Below, piece after piece: positions 1-13,162 of a DNA stretch of 64,000 bases. The notes beneath the pieces were generated by a model, which did not search any database, was not told the DNA's origin, and worked only from the letters and a program-made list of their open reading frames with translations. Every line of letters begins with the position of its first letter. The stretch's first letter is position 1. A program made the translations under genes and the position numbers. Source of the stretch: Guillardia theta CCMP2712 (taxonomy: Eukaryota; Protista; Cryptophyta); NCBI RefSeq assembly GCF_000315625.1, contig NW_005434637.1, positions 184,671-248,670 on the forward strand, written 5' to 3'.

Positions 1-353
1 ATGGCTGTCCTTTTGCTCATGTCGGCTTCACTAGAGGGTGGAACTTGTGGATCAAGCTGCTGCCTCCCTCAACACAACCTCGTCTACCCATCTTCCTCTC
101 TCTTCTCCCGCCCTCGGGGTCTGCATCAAGCTCTACCCTCCTCCTCACCTGTCCTTCCTCCTCCTCCCTGACCCCTCATCCCCCTTTGGTCGTCTCATTC
201 CAGCCCTCATCCCCACTCACTCGGCTCGGCTCCGGCAGGTCTCCGGGCCCCGGTCTTGGCCCAGTAAATGCTATGTACCTCATCCCCACCATTGACCAAA
301 TTGGATGACGGGGATCGATGGAGATGGTCTAGAGAGGTGAGTGGAGGAGGAGG

Positions 354-903
354 NNNNNNNNNNNNNNNNNNNNNNNNNNNNNNNNNNNNNNNNNNNNNNN
401 NNNNNNNNNNNNNNNNNNNNNNNNNNNNNNNNNNNNNNNNNNNNNNNNNNNNNNNNNNNNNNNNNNNNNNNNNNNNNNNNNNNNNNNNNNNNNNNNNNNN
501 NNNNNNNNNNNNNNNNNNNNNNNNNNNNNNNNNNNNNNNNNNNNNNNNNNNNNNNNNNNNNNNNNNNNNNNNNNNNNNNNNNNNNNNNNNNNNNNNNNNN
601 NNNNNNNNNNNNNNNNNNNNNNNNNNNNNNNNNNNNNNNNNNNNNNNNNNNNNNNNNNNNNNNNNNNNNNNNNNNNNNNNNNNNNNNNNNNNNNNNNNNN
701 NNNNNNNNNNNNNNNNNNNNNNNNNNNNNNNNNNNNNNNNNNNNNNNNNNNNNNNNNNNNNNNNNNNNNNNNNNNNNNNNNNNNNNNNNNNNNNNNNNNN
801 NNNNNNNNNNNNNNNNNNNNNNNNNNNNNNNNNNNNNNNNNNNNNNNNNNNNNNNNNNNNNNNNNNNNNNNNNNNNNNNNNNNNNNNNNNNNNNNNNNNN
901 NNN
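354..903. other. assembly gap (N run)
   Basis: Run of N between GA/CT-rich low-complexity flanks. Confidence 0.99.
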
Positions 904-987
904 TTCCCCTCCTTCCCCTCCTCCCCTCCCTCCCCTCCTCCCTCCTCCCGAACCTCTCTCGTAAGCAGCCTCATTGAGATCCGGTAG

Positions 988-2403
988 GTTCTCTTTGTCG
1001 AGCATCGAGCTCTGGAGGAGACCATTGCTGCCTTGCACAGATTTGCCGCGCACCCCGACGTCCTGGTGGGTCCTTGGCAATGGTGGAAGACTGTTGCGAT
1101 GAAAGTCTTGGACAGATCCAAGGGTTCAAGGCGCTGATCAACATGGGGAAGAACGACAGAGGTGAGCGAAGACAGAGAGTGCGTGTTTTATGATGACGTT
1201 GATGTCTGGCAGCCAAGTCGATCATCGGAGCGCAGGGAGCGCCCGCGGTCATTGTGCAGGCGATGCAGGACTTTAAGGTGAGTTCATGTTTCATGTTCGC
1301 TAGAGACTGCACGTGTAACTTCACAAGCCTCCCTGCCTGATGGCATTGTTTGATGCTCCTGCTCATTGTTGTATTGCCTCCAAATGACTTCTGTTCTGAT
1401 CTCACTCGCTGTTGTCAGGACCTGGCAGAAGTTCAGCAGGTCGGGACTTGGTGTCTCGGTATTGATACAGTGGGTTTGATCTTTGGTATGTGACGTGTTG
1501 CGGTATGTCGCAGGAAGCATTGTTGTTGTGCATATGGAGAACAAGGTGAGAGGGTTGGGATGATGGTGTTGATGCAGACTTGTTGTTCCTGTTGTTCTTG
1601 TTGATGATCATGATTGTCATGATATAATGGAGATGGAGATAGAGATGATGATGAAAAGATTATGTCATCAGAAAATTACAACACCTTATTTAACGAGAAA
1701 TTGGTTTTGGGTACCAACAAAACTTGCTGATTGCCCTGATGTATTTGGCGCCTCATAGAAATATTAACAGAGATATTCTAGCACATTGCAGGCGAAGCAA
1801 ACGCTCCTGAGGCGATTTTGGAAGTAATGAAGGTAAGAATGTTGTAAATCACAGCCTTTGACATTGCGTGGCACGACATGACGCGATCTGATGTGATGTG
1901 ATCTGATCTGATCTGATCTGATGTGATCTGATCTGATCTGATCTGATCTGATCTGATCTGATCTGATCTGATCTGATCTGATCTGATCTGATCTGATCTG
2001 ATCTGATCTGATCTGATCTGATCTGATCTGATCTGATCTGATCTGATCTGATCTGATCTGATCTGATCTGATCTGATCTGATCTGATCTGATGTGATCTG
2101 ATGTGATGTGATCTGATGTGATGTGATCTGATCTGATCTGATCTGATCTGATGTGATCTGATGAAATCTGATCTGATGTGATCTGATCTGATCTGATAGC
2201 TGATTTTTCTACTCTGATGGTGACTTGGCTTTGAAGGCTTTTCCTGGCAACATAGAACTCCAGCAGGTAAACAGAAGTGAGGAAGGAGATGAAACAACAA
2301 ATGAAAGGCGGTAACAAAGGAGAAACTGTATCCGAGCAGGAGCAGGAGCAGGACAAGGAGCAGGACAAGGAGCAGGACAAGGAGCAGGACAAGGAGCAGG
2401 ACA

Positions 2404-2444
<41 letters not shown>

Positions 2445-2600
2445 AAGGAGAAGGAGGATACTTATCCTGGTGTGTAGGTCAGTTTGTGGGCCCTTGGATC
2501 TCTCTGTGCGAATTTCCCCTCGAATGGAGTGAGGATAGGAAGGAAAGGAGGAATTTCATTGGTAAGGGCAGCCGATGCTTCTGATGTTATTTCCTCCTCT
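988..2600 (+). CDS. multi-exon armadillo (ARM)-repeat-like protein, partial; ends not resolved
   Basis: Joining GT-AG-bounded exons gives VLFVEHRALEETIAALHRFAAHPDVL/IQGFKALINMGKNDR/AKSIIGAQGAPAVIVQAMQDFK/DLAEVQQ, which fits an ARM helical-repeat pattern; interrupted by gaps. Confidence 0.5.
1885..2197. repeat. (ATCTG)n pentanucleotide microsatellite with ATGTG variants
   Basis: Direct tandem repeat; source of spurious IRSDQ ORFs. Confidence 0.97.
2334..2457. repeat. GAGCAG/GACAAG compound repeat
   Basis: Tandem 6/12-mer units seen directly. Confidence 0.9.
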
Positions 2601-2614
2601 CCTCTCCTCTCCTC

Positions 2615-3383
2615 NNNNNNNNNNNNNNNNNNNNNNNNNNNNNNNNNNNNNNNNNNNNNNNNNNNNNNNNNNNNNNNNNNNNNNNNNNNNNNNNNNNNNN
2701 NNNNNNNNNNNNNNNNNNNNNNNNNNNNNNNNNNNNNNNNNNNNNNNNNNNNNNNNNNNNNNNNNNNNNNNNNNNNNNNNNNNNNNNNNNNNNNNNNNNN
2801 NNNNNNNNNNNNNNNNNNNNNNNNNNNNNNNNNNNNNNNNNNNNNNNNNNNNNNNNNNNNNNNNNNNNNNNNNNNNNNNNNNNNNNNNNNNNNNNNNNNN
2901 NNNNNNNNNNNNNNNNNNNNNNNNNNNNNNNNNNNNNNNNNNNNNNNNNNNNNNNNNNNNNNNNNNNNNNNNNNNNNNNNNNNNNNNNNNNNNNNNNNNN
3001 NNNNNNNNNNNNNNNNNNNNNNNNNNNNNNNNNNNNNNNNNNNNNNNNNNNNNNNNNNNNNNNNNNNNNNNNNNNNNNNNNNNNNNNNNNNNNNNNNNNN
3101 NNNNNNNNNNNNNNNNNNNNNNNNNNNNNNNNNNNNNNNNNNNNNNNNNNNNNNNNNNNNNNNNNNNNNNNNNNNNNNNNNNNNNNNNNNNNNNNNNNNN
3201 NNNNNNNNNNNNNNNNNNNNNNNNNNNNNNNNNNNNNNNNNNNNNNNNNNNNNNNNNNNNNNNNNNNNNNNNNNNNNNNNNNNNNNNNNNNNNNNNNNNN
3301 NNNNNNNNNNNNNNNNNNNNNNNNNNNNNNNNNNNNNNNNNNNNNNNNNNNNNNNNNNNNNNNNNNNNNNNNNNNNNNNNNNN
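2615..3383. other. assembly gap (N run)
   Basis: Run of N. Confidence 0.99.
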
Positions 3384-4495
3384 GGCTGCACTCAAGCTCC
3401 TCCCAGCTCTTCACGTCGGTCAAGCTGGTGAACCCGTGACTCCGACTACCTGCTTTCAACTTTTGATGTAGAATGCTACATAGAGCGAGCTTGTTCCTTC
3501 AGAACAAGTCAATGGTGCTAGTCGAAACGAAGTTAGATTACCTGTTCCGCCAGCGATTCACCAATGACCATTGAAGGAACAAGAACAGATTTGCAGCGAA
3601 GACGAAGAACCCAACAGTTCGTGTTGATACCCCAAGATATTTCCTCATCATACTGTCGTGACATTCGCTCTGAGGTTGCTCGTTCACTTCGATTGAGACT
3701 TCCGTTCACTCCAAGTCGCACAACCTTCTCTCGTCCCTTACCGCAACGAGCACAAGGACTGTGCCGGGAGAGGAGAGCCAAGATGGATGTCTCAGTGTTG
3801 AACCATGCTCTCACTCTCCATGTTCACCGTCATGCTCGCACTTCTCCCCCTCTGCGCTTTCACCATCGCCCCCCTGGCCATCCCGATGCCGTCATTCTTT
3901 TACTGATTGAGAACCTTGTGAATGGTCACCCACCCCTCAATTAGACAACCAACAGACGTGTGACCCCGTACTCAATAACTTTGACAAAAGTACCCTGATA
4001 TGTTGTTGAAAAGGAATGCACAGAGGGAGGAGGGAGGAGGGAGGAGGGAGGAGGGAGGAGGAGGGGAGAGAAGAAAGGTTGACCCCCTTGCAGTTCTCCG
4101 GCGGCCATCCAGAAATTCTTGGCCCTTCCTGCCTTTGCTTACTTTCAATAAACTTCTCCTCCTCTCTTTCACCCTTAGCAACAACCCACACACTCTCCTT
4201 CATCTTTCTCTTCTTCATCCTGAGATCCCCTCAGCTCCTGTGCCTTCGGGTTGACATGAACGAGAGATCATGATTGACTTTATTAACGAAAAAGATTGCT
4301 GGAGTGAATAGAAAATTGATGGGTATTGGTGGTGGTGATGATCATTGCGATGGTGATGGTGATGATTGAGATGAGGATGATGATAATTGAGATGATGACG
4401 CGGATGATCGGTAGGAGAAATTTCAGCAGGAGAAATGCAACGAGAAGGAAGATGGAGAGCATAAGAGGACGCAATTAAGCAGATGATAGTTTACA

Positions 4496-6603
4496 CTAGG
4501 AGGGATCGGAGAGAACGCTCCTGCTCATACTCCGAAAGCCCTCAGAGTGGCTGGAGCTGAAGATGTCGGAGAGAAACAAAGACGTCTGCAGGAGTTGATT
4601 ACGCGGAGGAGAGGTAAAACAGCAAGCATGCCATGCTTCTCCTCTCCCCTCCCTTCCCACTGTTTCTTCCTCCCTTCTCACCTGAGCCCCGTGCTCCCTC
4701 GCCCTCTCCTCCTCCAGCCTGCGCCTCCTCTTTGTTTCTTCAGCGAGTTTCTTCTTCAGATCTTCACAGGTCACAACCAAGCTCAAGATCTGCCGGCATA
4801 GTCCCTCCGAGTCTCCTCCTCCCTCCTGCTCCATTCTCAGCCCACCAACCTCCCCTTTCTTCCCCTTCACCTTCCGGGCGACTGCAGGAGAAACATGTGA
4901 GGTCTCAACGTCCCTCCTTCTCTCCGCAGCTGATCTCGCAGATGTCTGCTGCTTTTCCAGCTGCTGCTTCTCCCTCCTCCACGTTTCAGCCTGCCACACT
5001 CAGCTCAGCCCCACAGCCACAGCAAGGATGCTTGACCCGTTTGACGGCGGCCTCCAGGAGGGGTTCAACGCGATCAAGCTTGTCAAGAGCCTTGCCCGCC
5101 ATTTTTCGGCATTCCTCCGCTTCCAGCTGGTAGCCAGCTGAGCGTTGTCGCAGGTCCTTGAGGTCTCGCAAGGCGTTCTCATGGTCCTCCATCATCCGCC
5201 ATTGCGCCTCCTGCTGAGCTGCTAGCGTCTTCTCCTGCACCTAGAGTAAGCATGCAAGACGTGGAGGGCAGCAGGTCGGCGAGGAGGAGGGGAGAGGGAG
5301 GGAGCGAGAAGGAAGGAAGGGAAAAGGGGAAAGGGGGGAAAGAGGGAAGAAAGGAGGAAGGGAGGGAAGGAGATTTTGACCTTTTCAGTGTATGCCTTCA
5401 GGACGGCATTATGCTCCGATCGAAGTCGACGGATCTCATTGCACAAATCATCTACACATGGAAGTGTCATCACAAGATCTTGTTCTCCTGCCATGTGAAG
5501 CTCACCGAACTCCTCCATGACCTGTTGCACAGTTGAAGGGCTTCGATGACTTGTTCTGACGTCGAGGCTGTTCTCTTGAATGACATCTCGCATTTTTGTC
5601 TTGAGGATCCCAAGTTCTATCTCTGAGCACTTTGCAATCTCCTCCTTCTCCCTTGCTGCCTCCTCCAACGCTCTCTTCAAGGCCTCGATCTCTTCCTTCA
5701 ACGAGTCTTGCACCGTTCTCAGCGTCGCCTCCTCAACCTCCAACTCCACCTCCACCTCCTTCTCCTCTTCCTCCTCATCTTCATAGATCGACTTCAGCAA
5801 GGAGCTCTGCAAACGACTCTCCTCAAACTCTCCCAAGGCGATTCCCATTGCTCTCGCGGTGACAGCAGCTCTCTCCTTCTCGCTCTTGTGGTCAAGGTGC
5901 AGCTTTCATTTTGCATTGGTGGTGGAGTGAACAAAAGATGTCAGATGCAAGGAAACACAGACATTAACAGTTTACAGACCTTCATCCATGACGAGCTCAT
6001 ACTTCGCAGCTCTCTCTTCATCTCGCTCATCCACACGTCGACCTGGCTGATGGTGCCATACCACACCTGCAGAATAAACCGCAGCGCTTCATCCTCCATG
6101 GCGAAAAAGGACGAGATCATGCCTCTAACGTCTTGAATCATCACCCTGCAATCTTCGTACTCATCGAATGCCATCTCCAATGCTGCGAGGACACGCTGGA
6201 TCCTGTTCTCTGCGTTCTTGTCTCGTTTGCACATCCTCTTGAAATGGAGATCCTCTAGTTTTCCCTCGAGAGCCAGCGAAGGGAGATCGTCCTCATCGCA
6301 GTCAAGATCACAAGACACAACTTGCTGGCGATGGAGGGAATGGCTCAGCATCTGCATCCTCTCAAGGTGTGACCTTTGGATCTGCCGCTGCGAAGACGAC
6401 ATTACGCTCTCCTCCAGTTGCACTTTCGATGTAGCAGAGGTGTGGTCAGGGGCGGAGGACAGAGTCATCGCAGGAGGAAAGAGAGGGCTCTCTCTCTTGC
6501 TCCTTCCTCTGAACGTAGTGAGAACTTCTGCAAACCTTCTCCTGACGCTTCGAGCCATGGCTTCGCATTTTTCTTCGCACGCCCCGAACGCATCGCCCAC
6601 CAT
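4496..6603 (-). CDS. multi-exon coiled-coil protein (3' end approximate)
   Basis: ORFs 5941-6603, 5222-5848, 4986-5240 and 4496-4999 link through GT-AG introns (e.g. ...SWMK|gtctgt..tgaaag|LHLDHKSEKERAAVTARAMGIAL); heptad-rich E/K/L/A segments. Confidence 0.7.
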
Positions 6604-6758
6604 CGGTCACTACCAAAATCTGCAAGGCGGGTGAAATCGTAAGGGAGGGGTACATATTACTAGAGAAAAGTCTGAGCAAGGAGGGGTGGTGCTTTGAAAG
6701 ATAAAAAGATTGACGATTTGAAAGCCGCACTCTAGAGCTACTACTACTACAAAACTTC

Positions 6759-6837
6759 TTTACTCAAAGTTAAGTTAAAATTCAGTACTGTACGAGGACA
6801 ATCAGGAGAGTCGAGGAGGCTTGACCCTGACACTGTC
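6759..6837 (+). repeat. 22-bp box plus stem-loop extension, copy 1 of a dispersed element
   Basis: TTTACTCAAAGTTAAGTTAAAA at 6759-6780; 6790-6837 is identical to 23723-23770. Confidence 0.9.
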
Positions 6838-6964
6838 CGATCGCACCGTACTGGCCACACGGCGAGCCTCAGAGAAGAGCCGCAAGCCTTGAAGAAAGAC
6901 GGACAGCTCGGAGAACCAAACCTAATCCTGCCAACTGCTGTCCCCCAAAGCGGCTGCATTCAAC

Positions 6965-7330
6965 TGCGGCGCGCAGGACGGACAATTCACGGGAGTCCCG
7001 TTGACTCCGCCGACTGTGACTCGCGGCCGGATGCGAGCCGGCCCGGGGCCTGCCGCCGCCGCCGCCGCCCCGGGCCCCGGCGGCAGTTCCCGAGAGTCCC
7101 GCCGAGGAGTCCGATACGACGGCCGGGCGCCGGATCCGATCGGACGGCCGCAGTCCGATCAGGCTATTTCAAGTTTGATCCGATGATGATCGCCGCCATC
7201 GGCCGCATCCGATCGGATCGGACAGTGACCGTACAAGTGGGAGGGGCCGGGGCAAATGTCACGGACTGAGGGATCATGATCAGTTTCAGCGGCCCGCCGG
7301 GTGGCACGGGCCAGCCATGCGTGTCAGTGA
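6965..7330. other. GC-rich CCGG/GGCC/GATCGG intergenic island between divergent genes
   Basis: Dense CCGG, GGCC, CCCGGG, TCGGATC and GTGAC words; no credible ORF. Confidence 0.75.
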
Positions 7331-7631
7331 AGTAACCTGACTCCTTCAAGGTTAAAGTAGCGTGACGCGTCAGCACCTCATTGAAGTCACGAGGAAATTT
7401 AATCGTACCCCCCAATATCACCTATCATAGACCCGTGGGCCGGAGACAACGAACGCCTTCTTGAATCTCCGTGATTTCTGACCAGTACCACCCTACCTCC
7501 TGAAAATCTGAATTATCACCCCTAGAATAGAACGTTCGTTAGAGGCTTGTAGTAAAGATCACGGGGAAGTAGTAAGCCCCTGGTAGTTGAGATAAGGGTG
7601 CCAAGCAGGAAATCGGAGGTAGCTGCCGAAC

Positions 7632-8240
7632 ATGGAAGTTCTAGATGGAGGCGACGTGAACGGGTCGGGACAGGCTGGGGATGACATGATGCAGATACAA
7701 GTCAACGAGATAGATGAGGAGATGCTTGCCTACATGGTCAAGCAGGTCGTAGTGGAGCAGACCAAACATCACAGGAAGTATGAGATTTTCTTCTTGTGGG
7801 TGTTCATGTGTTGTTGCTTCGTCACGATCGCTATCCTCCGGAAGCAAAGGCAAGAGCGCAGACTTACACAACGATGTCGTTCCCACCAGTTGGAAATCGA
7901 CGAGGATGATCGTCAGGAAGAGGCACACGAAAGTCTTACGAGCTTGAAGAGACAGTGCAGTCCAAGGTGCAAGAAAGACAATTGTGATCCCACAAGAGAG
8001 TACTGTCCTGCGTTTCACAAGCAGCAGGATGACTTTCAAGTGTTGCATTATCTGTCTTCGCTATCTGGCAAGTTGCAGCAGATGATGGATGAAAGTTACA
8101 ATCACGACTATCGAAAGAAAGAGTTGAAGCCAAAACCACGATTGAACTCTACTACATCCCCCCGGCAAAAGACGGCAATCGCAAAACAACGAACCCCAGT
8201 CTCTGGCAGTTGTGTTCGTTGGTTGACAACATCTTTCTGA
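7632..8240 (+). CDS. intronless hypothetical protein with one predicted TM helix
   Basis: 202-aa ATG ORF; hydrophobic IFFLWVFMCCCFVTIAIL followed by basic RKQRQ. Confidence 0.65.
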   Translation: MEVLDGGDVNGSGQAGDDMMQIQVNEIDEEMLAYMVKQVVVEQTKHHRKYEIFFLWVFMCCCFVTIAILRKQRQERRLTQRCRSHQLEIDEDDRQEEAHESLTSLKRQCSPRCKKDNCDPTREYCPAFHKQQDDFQVLHYLSSLSGKLQQMMDESYNHDYRKKELKPKPRLNSTTSPRQKTAIAKQRTPVSGSCVRWLTTSF

Positions 8241-9520
8241 TTTTGCTTCGTCATCGCCGACGTGCTTGTATTTCTAGTTTCTTATCCAAGGCTCGCTGTC
8301 GACGCTGTTGCCATGATCGCCTACCACCTTATCATCGCAGATTGCAGCTGTAGCATCATTGTAAAGACCATTGACCTGTACTAGTGTCGATTAAACCCTT
8401 TCTGCTCCACTTGTTGTCTCCGAGTGTAAATCGGCTAATGGGATGATGGGAAGGAATTCGTAGCCCGACTCTCCTCTCTTGTTCTCCCATCATGTGCCCC
8501 TTTTCACCTCTTTGTCCTCCCATTCGCTTTTCAACATCAGTCCGGCCAACTCTTACTCCCATAAACCGAAAACACGAACATGGTTGGGGGGAAAACGTTC
8601 CATGAGAGGAGGGAAGGAAAAGAGAAGAATGCCTTGGTGTACAAGAGCTTCTACCACATTACCCATGCTCTTTGCGATGACCTCATGGAAAAACAAATTT
8701 CACGAGATTTGACCAACTACCGACTGTCCCTGCTGCTGATTGTGCGCGGGCTGCGGACGTTGTGATGAGGTACACGAATGACATCGTCTATCATGATGAA
8801 GATTGTTTAATGCTTTGCTCCTCAAAATATCAATTTCCTCTCTCCTGCCCTTCTCTCTTCTCGGAATCCTCATTTGCTGCCTACTCGTTTGCTTTCCATG
8901 CCTTCGATTTTGTTCACCAAATGCTCTACATTCTTACCTCACATTCATTTATCCTGCATCAGTTTAAGATTTTCCAGGCTTTTCATCAGTTTTACACGAT
9001 GATCACTTGTGGTTTCCATACCATCCTATGGCTGACCTACTTTTTTCCTCGATTTTCTCTGCTGCCTCGCCATCCCGTCATCACAGTCCCACTCCCTCTT
9101 ATTCCATCTTCGTCCTTCCCAGTGCGTATCTTTAACTCTTCCTCTCTTCTCCTTCTCTTCCCCTCCTCCTCCTCCTCTCCTCTTCCTCTCTTCTCCTTCT
9201 CTTCTCCTTCTCTCCTCCTCTTCTCCCTCCCATTGCAGCTCTAGTTCGTCAACGGCTAACCCTCTACCCACCCACCCCCTATTGACCAAGCTTCTGAATC
9301 ACCCTACCATACCTCCACCAGCAAAAAGTCTTCAAAGTACCCCTCATTTTTCCAAAACCACCCCCTTGATCACAACCTTCTGAACCTTTGAATCAACGCA
9401 TGGCGAGCGAGGGAGGGCAAGATATGGCAAGGAGACGAAGGCGGGAAGAGAGCAGAAAGAGGATGGAAGTGTATGCAAGAGAAAGAGTATGTGTGAATGA
9501 AGCTGTGATCAATGGTGAGC

Positions 9521-9563
9521 GAGCTATAGAGACAGTTGCCGAGCTATAGAGACAGTTGCCGAG
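9521..9563. repeat. 20-bp tandem duplication
   Basis: GAGCTATAGAGACAGTTGCC x2 followed by GAG. Confidence 0.9.
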
Positions 9564-9834
9564 GTCTTCATGGGAGAATGACAACAAAATTTAGGCTGAA
9601 GTAAGCAAGCGAGGATTATAATCTATTAAGGAGCATCGATTGTCTCTGAGAGGAAATCTGAAAATGATGAGAATTCTAGAAGAGAAGAGGTAGAAAGGAA
9701 GAGGTATCAAACAGCCATTCATAGATTGCCTTGGTAAATCTCCATTGATGCAGGAGCCCTTTTACACGGCATCTTACCAGATTCATCTTTGTCTATAGGT
9801 GGGACTCCTTTAAACTTCCCTGGATCACATCAGA

Positions 9835-12351
9835 ATGTCTGGCCTGTCCAGAGACATCTTGAAATGGATCCAGAGCTTGGACTTGTCATACTCGGTCAAG
9901 AATGTCAAGAGAGATTTCTCGAATGGTTTTCTTGTAGCCGAAATCTTCTCTCGATACTTCCCTCACGATGTTCCAATGCATTCTTACGACAATGGGATGA
10001 GCTTGCAGAAAAAGCTGGCGAACTGGGACCTTCTGCAGAAGTTCTTCATGAAGAAAGGAGTTCCGATCTCACGAGAAATGATCGATCAAGTGATACACTG
10101 CAAAGACAACGCATCCATTCCCCTCCTCGAGACGATCTACACCTGCCTGACAAGCAAGAAAGTGCAGAACGTGAAAGCGAAGAACGAGGACGAGCTGATC
10201 CCTCCGTTTGCTCGCGCGACTGCGAGCTCGGCGATCAAGGAGAGCATTAAGGACACAGAGCTGGTGACTACGTTGCAGGACGAGAACACGAGCAAGAACA
10301 GAACAGCTGAGCTGCTCAACGACCACAACAAGACTCTGAGAAACGAGCGCATCCTCGAGCCGGGGAGATTCACGACAACCTCCCCTAAGAAGAGTCAGCG
10401 CGTTCCCCCTCGCCCGATGCCGTCGGAGGTGCCGCAGGGGCAGATCGAGTTCAAGGAGGTGCAGGTCCGAACCATCGACAGGAACGTGACCCAGCTGAGG
10501 GCGAGCAGAGACGTCAACGGGACGATGAACCAGTCGAGCATAGGGGACTCGAAGATGTCGGAGGAGGCAGAGACGAAGGCGCTCTCGGTCAAGCCGATCA
10601 CCAAGCAACTCAACGAGATCGTGAAGAAGTGTATGGGGGAGGGGGGCGTGAAGGGTGCCGAGGGCTCCAAGGACGCTATCGTCGTCTTTCTCGACATGCT
10701 CTTGTCCTCCAAGGACCCGAACATGGAGGCAGCTGCGTCGCTTGTCTTCGACACGATCATCAGCGAGTGCGATGAGCTTGTCAACGCCTTCCTTGCCTCC
10801 CCCAAGGAGTTCTGGAGGCTGTTTGCGCTGTTCAACAGCGTCTTCTTCTCTCCTGAGAACTCCCTCGCGTTCTCTCATGGCCTGCAGCTCTTCTGCGAGA
10901 TCGGGCAGCGGATGACAGCACAGGATCCCTTCCTCGCCTGCGGTCTCTTCGGCGACTACGGCATCCCCAAGATCGTGCCTCTCCTCAAGACGAAGCCCTC
11001 GAAGCGCAGGAGCCTGTTGAGCATGATGTACTGCTTCTGCGAGACGTCGATGCACCTGAGGATGATCAAGGCCCTTCAGGACGGGCTGGAGGACATGACG
11101 TGCTTCCTGCAGTGCGTCGTTGTCCTGATGCACCTTGAGACTTCCTTCACCGATGACCTCCTCGACCTCTACATCTACTACGCCATGACGGGCCTCGGGC
11201 AGCAGTCTGCCTCGCTCCGTGCTGCGGCTCTGTCGATGATCGTGATTGTGGTGGAGCAGCAGTATCCCCTGGTGATCCCGATGCTGGACAAGCTCGAGCT
11301 CTTGCGCGATGATGGATGGTGGGAGGTGTCAGCGCAGCTTGTCCGTGTGTGCGCTGCCATCCTGTCCATGTTGAGAAGCGGAGAGACAGAGGAGAATGGC
11401 GCCATCTGCGGACGAGTGTACAACCTGACGGAAAGTATCCTCTTCTCTTGCCGCTCTCCTCTAGTCAAGAAGATCGCCGTATCGAGCTTGGCTCCTGTGC
11501 TGGAAGAGCATGCTTCGCTCAAGGACATGTACAGAGATGTTCTCCTCTCGCTCAACGAACGAGATTTCTCCGCTGTCATGTCTACGCCCAAAGATCAGCA
11601 GCAGTACATGCTGGGCAGCTCTCTGCAGTACATGCAAGCAGCGTCTCCGTTGACGCTCCTACCTCCCCTCATGGTCGCGCAGACCCTTGCAATGAAGATC
11701 AAGGAGAGCGAGCTTGAGAATCTGGAGCCGGAGCATGTGTATATCCTCTTATCCGTTCTCGACGCTCCCTTCCACGAGGAGGAGCAGGACGCCTGGGCCA
11801 AGATCCTTGAGGTCTTCACCTTGTTTGACCCTCTCGCTCTTTCTTCTCATGGCCATCGTGGCAGGACCTGGAGCTGCACGTGTACGTCGCTCTAGCCGAC
11901 GAGGAGCTCTGCACTGACATCGTCACTGTGATCCAGAAGTGGGTCACCTCCCTTGGACCTCGAGCCTCCAAGGTGAAGATCGACATGAATCTGTGCAAGG
12001 AGACGAGCTGACTTTCTCCTCTTCCTCCTCCTCCTCCTCCTCCTCCTCCTCCTCCTCCTCCTCCTGTTTATACTTCTCCTTCTCCTCACAGACTTTCACA
12101 ACGTTGGGCAAGTCTCTCAAGCTCATCTTCACGCCCGAAGGCGAGTCAAGCAGTCCTGCTGCATGCCAAGATGCGGCGATGAACCTGCTGGGACTCCTCA
12201 GGCAGGAGGTACAAGCTCCTCCTTCACCCTCTGCTCCCTGGGCTGACACATGTGGCAGGAGTCTGTAAAGCAGGAGCTGGACACGGTTCTCAAATCGATC
12301 AAGTCAGACTTCCAGGGAACAAATCTTGAAGGCTATCTTGACCAGCTATAG
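9835..12351 (+). CDS. SPATA4: SPATA4/SPEF1-type calponin-homology (DUF1042/CH_2) ciliary protein with long helical C-terminus
   Basis: N-terminus MSGLSRDILKWIQSLDLSYSVKNVKRDFSNGFLVAEIFSRY...KKLANWDLL is characteristic of this CH family; introns ~11812-11864, ~11973-12091 and ~12209-12259; last exon ESVKQELD...YLDQL*. Confidence 0.85.
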
Positions 12352-12441
12352 ATGTACAATCTCCTTGTTTATTTTTTTTTAATACAGGCTCCAGAATTGA
12401 AACTGGTCTCGCTAAAAGAAAGAATGTCATGCCAGTTTCTA

Positions 12442-13162
<721 letters not shown>

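Noticed and set aside
1764-2404. IRSDQ-repeat ORFs
   Set aside because: Translations of the (ATCTG)n microsatellite
207-3471. Long ORFs spanning N runs
   Set aside because: Artefacts of assembly gaps (X residues)
6759-6837. Box as a spliced-leader RNA gene or Fanzor omega-RNA (firm call)
   Set aside because: No canonical AG|GT donor plus Sm site on the + strand and no Fanzor/TnpB ORF in the window; kept only as a hypothesis
10069-11133. 354-aa antisense ORF
   Set aside because: Shadow of the GC3-biased SPATA4-like coding strand
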